From an uncultured Marinoscillum sp. (lineage in GTDB: Bacteria > Bacteroidota > Bacteroidia > Cytophagales > MED-G16): 64,000 nucleotides of DNA. Below are positions 30,194-37,229 of the stretch, piece after piece. The notes beneath the pieces are model-generated. The model searched no databases, had not been told where the DNA came from, and worked only from the letters and a program-made list of their open reading frames with translations. How positions within the stretch are numbered: position 1 is the stretch's first letter; each line of letters starts with the position of its first letter. The stretch covers positions 6,717 to 70,716 of the forward strand of contig CAZKLB010000001.1 in assembly GCA_964553685.1 (NCBI GenBank), read 5' to 3'. Position numbers and translations under genes: made by a program.

Positions 30194-31414
30194 TTACATT
30201 CCGTTTCCAGCGGTTCCTAATGCTGTTGTGGCACATCTAAAACCAACTGTTGCTGTTGATGAGTCTTGCGCTAAGAATCTCCTTGTTCCTGGAGACAACC
30301 ACATAGCACCATCTGCCCACGACCCACCTTTATAAACCCTAGACTCATTACTAATCATAGAGTTAAAGTTTTCAGAGTCATAATCTTCTTCTGAATCTAG
30401 AAAATCACTTTTTCTTATCGGGTTAAGGTCTTCCATGTCTCTAAAGTTAAGGGGTCTGTAAATATCGTAGACCCACTCATTTACATTTCCAGCCATATTA
30501 TATAACCCAAAATCGTTTGGTGCATACTCATAAATGCTTGTGGTAACAAAACCAGCATCATTTAAAGCGCCTGCAATTCCAGCATAGTCACCCCTTCCCC
30601 TTTTGAAGTTTGCTTGAAACTTACCAATTTGACCTCTTTTAGAACTTCTTATGGTTCTACCATCCCACGGATATAATCTTCTTTGAGTTTGGTTTTCATC
30701 TAACCACTGATCTCCAATTTGACCATAAGCTGCATATTCCCATTCCGCTTCTGTGGGTAATCTAAACTCTGGTAAATATATTCCTGATTCAATAGGTGGA
30801 ATATCTCCGTCAATATAATCTTCACCAAAATACTCCATAGCTCTTTGTCTGTTTACAGCCTCTGTTCTCCAACGACAATAATCAACCGCCTGGTTCCAAC
30901 TCACACCAACAACAGGATAATATCTAAACCCTGGGTATCTTAAATAGTTTCCTACATAAGGTGTATTAAAAGCAAGTTCTTTTTCCCAAACCGTCGTGTC
31001 AGGTAAAGCGTTTAAGTAATAAGTTTCACTAGAATCTCTTTGAATATAATCCAGATATTCTAACCAATGAATATTTGCTATCTCTGTTTGGTCTAAATAA
31101 AAAGACTGAACAGTTACAGTTCTTTCTACATTATCGTGGGTGTAGAAAACATCTTCTTCATATGTACCCAGAACAGCTCTACCACCTTGGATAAAAACCT
31201 GATTTGGTCCAGGTGTTTGTCCACCAAAGTCAGCAACTACAAACCCACCATCCTCTTCTTCAGCTAAACCATCATCAGTAAAATATTGAAGGTTGGTTGT
31301 TGTACTTGTTGAACCTGGATTTCTTGCAGAAGGATTTGATTTACCAAAAGGAAGTATAGAACATCCGTTGATTATAAAAAGACACAAAAAAATAAAGTAT
31401 ATGTGTTTACCCAC
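30194..31414 (-). CDS. gldJ: FGE-sulfatase (SUMF1-like) domain lipoprotein, GldJ/GldK family, probably GldJ
   Basis: 406 aa. Lipobox IINGC. Blocks FYLDQTEIANIHWLEYL, YPVVGVSWNQAVDYCRWRT, GNVNEWV, YKGGSW and GFRCA. It is stand-alone with no gldL/M/N downstream, which favours GldJ over GldK. Confidence 0.6.
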   Translation of the reverse strand: MGKHIYFIFLCLFIINGCSILPFGKSNPSARNPGSTSTTTNLQYFTDDGLAEEEDGGFVVADFGGQTPGPNQVFIQGGRAVLGTYEEDVFYTHDNVERTVTVQSFYLDQTEIANIHWLEYLDYIQRDSSETYYLNALPDTTVWEKELAFNTPYVGNYLRYPGFRYYPVVGVSWNQAVDYCRWRTEAVNRQRAMEYFGEDYIDGDIPPIESGIYLPEFRLPTEAEWEYAAYGQIGDQWLDENQTQRRLYPWDGRTIRSSKRGQIGKFQANFKRGRGDYAGIAGALNDAGFVTTSIYEYAPNDFGLYNMAGNVNEWVYDIYRPLNFRDMEDLNPIRKSDFLDSEEDYDSENFNSMISNESRVYKGGSWADGAMWLSPGTRRFLAQDSSTATVGFRCATTALGTAGNGM

Positions 31415-31472
31415 GTTCTTGCTAATTAAATTTTTATCAAAAATACAAAAAATTAAGTTTTAGAAAGAATTA

Positions 31473-31496
31473 ACAATAAAACAAAAAATTTATTGT
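31473..31496 (-). terminator. weak A/U-rich hairpin just after the mfd stop
   Basis: Inverted repeat ACAATAAA (31473-31480) / TTTATTGT (31489-31496), 2 nt from the mfd stop codon. AT-only stem and no strong U-tract. Confidence 0.25.
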
Positions 31497-31498
31497 CC

Positions 31499-34400
31499 TT
31501 AATTGTCTATTTTTTTAATAAAAAGAAGCGTTTTTGACAAATTAAAATCACCAAACACTTTAATTAAAATAAGATCTTTCTTTTCTTTTACTGAATATTT
31601 TAATTGTTTTTTATTAAAAGTCTTAATACAATTAGAAAACGTTTCTTGTTTGGTTCTATTATCATTATTGAAAAAACCCAATGTTAAACTCTCCTTTTTA
31701 ATTATAATTTTGTCAACAAAAATATTACTTCCAAGTTTTTTAATTTCCATCACTTTAATTAGGTTTTTAACCTCATTTGGTAATGGCCCAAACCTATCTT
31801 CCAACATTTTTCTGGATGTGTCTAACCCTCCTTTTACAGATTCTTTTTCTATTTCATTATAACACCTCAATCTTTCATTCGAGTTTGTGATATACTCCTT
31901 TGGTATTAAAGCTTTCTCAAATAAATCCACAAGACAATTATTTTTTTTCTCGATAACTTTATTGGTTTTTTCCAGGTTTGGATTAGAATCTATTTCATCT
32001 AAAGCTTCATCTAGTATTTTGTTGTATGTGTCAAACCCTAAATCGTTTATAAAACCACTTTGTTCACCTCCTAATAAATTTCCCGCTCCCCTAATATCTA
32101 AGTCCTTTAAGGCAATGTTTAACCCATCGCCTAAATTAGAAAACTCTTCTAAAGCAATTAGTCTTTTTTTTGCCTCTGCTGTAATAGAAGTTAGCTTTGG
32201 AATGGATAAATAACAAAATGCTTTTTTGTTAGATCTACCAACTCTACCCCTCATTTGGTGAAGATCAGACAAACCAAACATATGTGCTTGATTAATAATT
32301 ATAGTATTTGCGTTTGGTATGTCTAAGCCCGACTCTATTATGTTTGTTGAAACCAAAACATCAAAATAACCATCAACAAATTTTAAAACTGTTTTTTCTA
32401 ATAAATCTCCTTTCTGTTGACCGTGGGCAACAGCAACTTTTGCGTTTGGCACTAACTTTTGAATAATGGAGGCTATTTCATATATGTTTTCAACCCTATT
32501 GTGTACGAAAAAAACTTGTCCAAACCTCATAATTTCATTATTGATTATATCTCTAACACCCTCTTCACTAAATTGAATTAATTCGGTATGAACTGACTGC
32601 CTGTTTTTTGGTGGAGTTCTTAGTATACTTATATCTCTAACCCCTATTAAAGAGAAGTGAAGAGTTCTGGGTATTGGTGTTGCTGTCATGGTTAGACAAT
32701 CAAGGTTATTTTTTCTTTTTTTAATTTTTTCTTTTAATGAAACACCAAACTTTTGTTCCTCATCAACAATTAATAATCCTAAATCTTTGAAGTTTATTTT
32801 ATCACTAAGCACTGAGTGCGTGCCTATAATAATATCAACTTTACCCTTCTCAACACCTACCAAAACTGACTTTTTATCTTTTGTGCTTCTGAATCTAGAC
32901 AAGTAATCAACACACACAGGAAGCTCCTTAAGTCTTTTGTTGAATGTTTTATAGTGTTGGAAAGCTAAAATTGTTGTGGGAACAAGTATAAGCACTTGTT
33001 TACCGGATAGGACGGCTTTGAAAGCTGCTCTAATAGCAATTTCAGTTTTTCCAAATCCAACATCACCACAAACCAATCTATCCATAGGAAAACTTCTTTC
33101 CATATCTTTCTTTACCTCGTTTGTTGTTTTCAATTGATCAGGAGTATCTTGGTAGACAAAAGAGGATTCAAGTTCAATTTGTAGATAATTATCCTTATCA
33201 AAAGCAAACCCTTTACTTTCACGTCTTTTTAAATAAAGTGATATTAAATCTTCAGCGATATCAACCAATCTACTTTTAATTTTCTTTTTCTTCTTGTCCC
33301 AATCGTTTGTTGAAAGGTTATTTAGTGTTGGGGAAAGGTTGGACCCGGTGTATTTAGCTATTTTGTGAAGAGAGTTTGTGCTAGTGTAAACAGTGTCGTT
33401 ATTTTTATAAACCAACCTTAAGGCTTCATGCTCAACACCATTTATGTCAATTTTTTCTAAACCAACGAATCTTCCAATACCATAATCTATATGTACAATA
33501 TAATCACCAACTGAAAGTTCAGACTTTTCTTTTATAGGGTTTTTTTGTTTTTTAACAACAACAGGTTCGTTAAGGTGTTTGAAATACCTATTAAATATCT
33601 CATGGTCAGTGTATACAACCCTTTTGTTTTCGTGGTCAACAAAACCCTCACTAATTTTTGATATTATTGGTTTATATGATGGGGTTTTATTTGTTGATTC
33701 AAAATATGTATTCAACCTTTTTACTTGTTCTTCTGATTGAAATGATATAAAAATATTGTAATTTTCTATTTCAAGCTTTGCAATATCATCAGCTAATAGC
33801 GGTAGGTTTTTATTGAACTTTGGTTGTGGTGATGATTTATATTCTATTGCATTTTTAGTTTCTTCATTTATACCAAAATAGACACAATTAAACTCATTCA
33901 ATTTTTTTGAAAAATCTGTTGTGTTATAAAAAATATCCTCGGGGGGTAGTGGTAATAGAACACCGCTTTTGTTAACCTTTTCTTTATAAATCTCTTTAGC
34001 TTCTAACATTTTGTTTTTAATAGTGTTATCGGATAAAGTTTTGTCTTCAACCCATATCGACCAATTTTTGTCCATAAAATCAAAAAGTGGTAAAAAACCA
34101 GCACTATCTTTCTCTCTTTGAATATTGGATAGTATTTTTATTTCACCCATCTCTTCAACCGTTAATTGAGTCTCAACATTAAATAGTTTTATTTTTTCTA
34201 CCAGATCCCCGTCGCATTCAATTCTTATCGGTTTTTTATTTGTAAATGAAAAAACATCTATTATGTTTCCTCTTATACTATATTCTCCAGGGTTATTTAC
34301 AAAATCAACAAACTCAAAGCCTTGTTCGTTTAGGGTATTTGTTAATGTGTTATAGTTTATTTCACCTCCCCTTTTTAATATTAATGATAATTCTTTTTGT

Positions 34401-34810
34401 GTCTTTTCATCAGGAAACTTCTCAAACAATCCCTCAGGGTAGGTGACTACATATTTTTTTTCTTTATTTTTTTTTAGTATTGCTTGAATTGTTTCTGTCC
34501 TCATTACAACATTTGCATTGTTGATCAGTTCTTCATCATAAGGTTTTCTAAAAGAATAAGGAAAGAAAAAAACCTTATCCTCGTGTAAATAATTACACAA
34601 TTTACTATAATATAGAAGTGCTTTTTTCTTTTCTGAAACTATAAAACAATAATTTTTATTATCGTTTTTTGAGGTTGCAACGGGTATTATGACATTAAGG
34701 TCACCCGACAGCCCGTTTATTTTAACCCTTTTTTCATCTCTGATTCGTTTGCTTATTTCAATGGTTTTGATGTCATTTTCAAACTCAGATATTATTTCAA
34801 GCGAATTCAT
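31499..34810 (-). CDS. mfd: transcription-repair coupling factor
   Basis: 1103 aa. CarD-like RNAP-interaction domain (VGDYIVHIDYGIGRF). SF2 motifs GDVGFGKTE, DEEQKFG, TATPIPRTL and QMRGRVGRS. Confidence 0.95.
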   Translation of the reverse strand: MNSLEIISEFENDIKTIEISKRIRDEKRVKINGLSGDLNVIIPVATSKNDNKNYCFIVSEKKKALLYYSKLCNYLHEDKVFFFPYSFRKPYDEELINNANVVMRTETIQAILKKNKEKKYVVTYPEGLFEKFPDEKTQKELSLILKRGGEINYNTLTNTLNEQGFEFVDFVNNPGEYSIRGNIIDVFSFTNKKPIRIECDGDLVEKIKLFNVETQLTVEEMGEIKILSNIQREKDSAGFLPLFDFMDKNWSIWVEDKTLSDNTIKNKMLEAKEIYKEKVNKSGVLLPLPPEDIFYNTTDFSKKLNEFNCVYFGINEETKNAIEYKSSPQPKFNKNLPLLADDIAKLEIENYNIFISFQSEEQVKRLNTYFESTNKTPSYKPIISKISEGFVDHENKRVVYTDHEIFNRYFKHLNEPVVVKKQKNPIKEKSELSVGDYIVHIDYGIGRFVGLEKIDINGVEHEALRLVYKNNDTVYTSTNSLHKIAKYTGSNLSPTLNNLSTNDWDKKKKKIKSRLVDIAEDLISLYLKRRESKGFAFDKDNYLQIELESSFVYQDTPDQLKTTNEVKKDMERSFPMDRLVCGDVGFGKTEIAIRAAFKAVLSGKQVLILVPTTILAFQHYKTFNKRLKELPVCVDYLSRFRSTKDKKSVLVGVEKGKVDIIIGTHSVLSDKINFKDLGLLIVDEEQKFGVSLKEKIKKRKNNLDCLTMTATPIPRTLHFSLIGVRDISILRTPPKNRQSVHTELIQFSEEGVRDIINNEIMRFGQVFFVHNRVENIYEIASIIQKLVPNAKVAVAHGQQKGDLLEKTVLKFVDGYFDVLVSTNIIESGLDIPNANTIIINQAHMFGLSDLHQMRGRVGRSNKKAFCYLSIPKLTSITAEAKKRLIALEEFSNLGDGLNIALKDLDIRGAGNLLGGEQSGFINDLGFDTYNKILDEALDEIDSNPNLEKTNKVIEKKNNCLVDLFEKALIPKEYITNSNERLRCYNEIEKESVKGGLDTSRKMLEDRFGPLPNEVKNLIKVMEIKKLGSNIFVDKIIIKKESLTLGFFNNDNRTKQETFSNCIKTFNKKQLKYSVKEKKDLILIKVFGDFNLSKTLLFIKKIDN

Positions 34811-34854
34811 ACTAAATTAAACTGTTGTATCAAATAATAGTTTACAAAAAATAA

Positions 34855-34862
34855 TATTTTTG
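34855..34862 (+). promoter_or_regulatory. candidate Bacteroidota -7 promoter element (TAnnTTTG)
   Basis: TATTTTTG lies 13 nt upstream of the SDR gene ATG, in the mfd/SDR divergent spacer. No convincing -33 TTTG at canonical spacing. The motif is common by chance in AT-rich DNA. Confidence 0.25.
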
Positions 34863-34875
34863 TTTAAAAAAAATA

Positions 34876-35625
34876 ATGAAAGTATTAGTTACTGGAGCTT
34901 CTAGGGGTATTGGTTTAGAGATAGCTAAAGAGCTTTTGTCTAATGGACACGAGGTTATTTTGCATTGTAATAAAAACAAAAACCTCATTCAAAAAAAAAT
35001 CTCTTCACAAAACAAAAAAGCATCAATTTTCTCCTCGGATATTTCCACCCTGAACGGAGTTAAAAAACTAATAGAATTTTCTTCAGATAAATTTGGATAT
35101 CCAGATGTTATAGTTAACAACGCGGGTATCGCTGAGTCATCATATGTTGATCTTGATCTTGAAACTTGGTCTAAGATGTATGATAAGACAATGCATATTA
35201 ATTTAAAAGCGCCAGCTTTAATTTGTAAAGAGTTTATTAAAATTAAGAGGTTAAAAAAAATAAAGAACAAACTTAGAATAATCAATATATCATCAAGGGC
35301 CGCTTTTAGAGGTGAAGTCGAAGATTTTATATCTTATGCGTGTTCAAAAGGCGGTCTCGTTTCATTAACAAAAACGATAGCAAAATCATTTGGTCTGAAA
35401 GAAAAAGTTTTAGCCTTTACTATTGCGCCTGGTTTTGTAAATACAGAAATGGCTCAAGATTTTATAAAAGAACACGGTGAAGGTCTGGCAAAGAAGGGAA
35501 TTGTTTTAAGTCGTTTGACCGAGCCTAAAGATATAGCTCCGTTGGTTTCTTTTATTGCTTCTGGAAAAATGGATCATTCAACAGGATCTACCATTGATGT
35601 TAATGCAGGTAGTTACATGAGGTAA
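34876..35625 (+). CDS. short-chain dehydrogenase/reductase (SDR)
   Basis: 249 aa. VTGASRGIG cofactor motif, NNAG, and catalytic YACSKGG (YxxxK). Confidence 0.85.
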   Translation: MKVLVTGASRGIGLEIAKELLSNGHEVILHCNKNKNLIQKKISSQNKKASIFSSDISTLNGVKKLIEFSSDKFGYPDVIVNNAGIAESSYVDLDLETWSKMYDKTMHINLKAPALICKEFIKIKRLKKIKNKLRIINISSRAAFRGEVEDFISYACSKGGLVSLTKTIAKSFGLKEKVLAFTIAPGFVNTEMAQDFIKEHGEGLAKKGIVLSRLTEPKDIAPLVSFIASGKMDHSTGSTIDVNAGSYMR

Positions 35626-35627
35626 TA

Positions 35628-36044
35628 TTATTTTGCAAAAACTTGAGATGAATCTTTGAATGATTTGAATTCTAAAGCATTACCACTTGGATCTAAAAAA
35701 AACATTGTAGCCTGTTCTCCAACCTCACCCTCAAATCTAACATAGGGCTCGATTATAAATTCTGTGTTTATTTTTTTAAGCTTTTTAGATAAGAGTTGCC
35801 ATTTTTCCCATGGTAATATCACTCCAAAATGTCTGACAGGAACACTCTTACCATCTACAGGGTTTTCTTGAGTTTTTTTTAATTCATCTGGTTTTAAGTG
35901 GGCAGACAACTGGTGACCAAAAAAATTAAAATCTACCCATTTCTTATCCTCCCTTCCTATTTCACAACCCAAAACTTCTCTGTAAAAAAATTTTGTCGAC
36001 TCAATGTTTTTAACAGGGAATGCTAAATGAAAAGGTGATTCCAT
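35628..36044 (-). CDS. VOC (glyoxalase/bleomycin-resistance/dioxygenase) family protein
   Basis: 138 aa. FHLAFPV...FYREVLGCE N-terminal beta-alpha-beta-beta-beta module pattern and a C-terminal DPSGNALEFK. Confidence 0.7.
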   Translation of the reverse strand: MESPFHLAFPVKNIESTKFFYREVLGCEIGREDKKWVDFNFFGHQLSAHLKPDELKKTQENPVDGKSVPVRHFGVILPWEKWQLLSKKLKKINTEFIIEPYVRFEGEVGEQATMFFLDPSGNALEFKSFKDSSQVFAK

Positions 36045-36080
36045 AAAAAGTGTTTTCTTTGTAGTAAATCTAAATAAATT

Positions 36081-36923
36081 ATGTCAACAGATAAAGTTTC
36101 TCTTGTTTTATCAAGCGGTGGAGCAAGGGGTTTAGCGCATTTGGGTGTTATAGAATCAATAGTTAACGATCAGATTGAAATATCTGAAATTTCAGGGAGT
36201 TCAATCGGTTCAGTAATCGCTGTTTTTTATGCTTCTGGTAAGCTCAATGTTTTTAAGGAATGGATTTTTAATTTAGATAAAATGGGGGTATTCTCCTATA
36301 TGGATTTTAGTGTATCGGGTCAGGGACTTTTAAAAGGTGACAAGGTTTTTAATCAACTTAAAAAAATAATTCCAGATAAGAAAATTGAAGATTTAAACAT
36401 ACCCATCTCTGTGGTTACTACGAATATTTCACAAAACAAAGAGGAGGTTATTAGAAGTGGTAGTATGTATGATGCAATTCGAGCATCATGCTCTATACCC
36501 GGATTAGTTAAACCTTTTGTAAGAAATGAAAATGAATTTGTGGACGGCGGTGTTTTAAATCCCTTACCAATTAACGCCCTTCAATCAAAAGATAATATAA
36601 TAACAGTTAATTTAAATGCTCAACCAACACAAAAAGCCAAAAACCTTAGTGGAGAAAAAAGTGTATTTTACAATTATTTTTCAATTTTTAGGGATTTTTT
36701 TATAAACCAAGATGTTAAAAAGAGTTTAGGTTTCTACGATATCACCTACAGATCTGTTCATTTAATGCAAAATCAACTTGCAAATTTTCAAATAAATAAT
36801 CACAAAACATTTATGAATATAAACATCCCATGTGATTCTTGTTTCCCTTTAGAGTTTTATCGGGCCAAAGAAATGGTCAATTTAGGTTCAAAAATTTATT
36901 ATCAAACAAAAAAAAATTATTAA
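36081..36923 (+). CDS. patatin-like phospholipase
   Basis: 280 aa. Oxyanion SSGGARGLAHLGV, nucleophile GSSIGS (GxSxG), and catalytic DGG. Confidence 0.85.
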   Translation: MSTDKVSLVLSSGGARGLAHLGVIESIVNDQIEISEISGSSIGSVIAVFYASGKLNVFKEWIFNLDKMGVFSYMDFSVSGQGLLKGDKVFNQLKKIIPDKKIEDLNIPISVVTTNISQNKEEVIRSGSMYDAIRASCSIPGLVKPFVRNENEFVDGGVLNPLPINALQSKDNIITVNLNAQPTQKAKNLSGEKSVFYNYFSIFRDFFINQDVKKSLGFYDITYRSVHLMQNQLANFQINNHKTFMNINIPCDSCFPLEFYRAKEMVNLGSKIYYQTKKNY

Positions 36924-36956
36924 CCCTTATTTATATTTGTAAAAAATATTGAAGAT

Positions 36957-37064
36957 ATGGAAATGCTTATTTTAATTATTGTACTATTTGTAGCTTCAAT
37001 TCTATGTGCGATATTTATACCAAATAGTAAAGTTAGTAACCACCAAAAAGACTCAGAATATTAA
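36957..37064 (+). CDS. candidate 35-aa single-TM microprotein
   Basis: Hand translation: MEMLILIIVLFVASILCAIFIPNSKVSNHQKDSEY then TAA. One hydrophobic helix and a polar tail. It lies in a 306-bp gap otherwise without annotation. No homology evidence. Confidence 0.3.
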   Translation: MEMLILIIVLFVASILCAIFIPNSKVSNHQKDSEY

Positions 37065-37186
37065 CCTTTTTTATTTACTTTACGAAAGTCAATTATTGAT
37101 ACTGCTCCTACCATACTAATTAAAAATACAACTATCCAAACAAATAATTCTACACCGTCTGTAACTGCTGGGTTTGTGGGAAACAT
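37061..37186 (-). CDS. candidate 41-aa single-TM microprotein
   Basis: Hand translation of rc 37186..37061: MFPTNPAVTDGVELFVWIVVFLISMVGAVSIIDFRKVNKKG then TAA. One TM helix and a basic C-tail. Its stop overlaps the stop of the convergent 36957 mini-ORF within TTAA. It is 44 nt downstream of the stop of the 37230 gene on the same strand. Confidence 0.3.
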   Translation of the reverse strand: MFPTNPAVTDGVELFVWIVVFLISMVGAVSIIDFRKVNKKG

Positions 37187-37229
37187 ATTTTTTTTTCGAA
37201 ATTATATATTAATTTTTATAATAAAAACT

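Noticed and set aside
31503-32213. Two ORFs (119 and 108 aa) antisense to the mfd 3' end, plus 32688..32906 and 34246..34446
   Set aside because: All lie within mfd, whose helicase and TRG motifs are intact on the minus strand. The translations are S/F/L/I-rich with no motifs.
34981-34995. Homopolymeric A/T tracts of 8-10 nt inside coding regions (e.g. 34990-34998 in the SDR gene, 41824-41840 in the amidase gene, 29256-29264 at the ybeY 3' end) as phase-variation switches
   Set aside because: Such tracts encode Lys/Phe runs that are expected at this A+T content. All the affected frames are intact. The genes involved are not surface-variation candidates.
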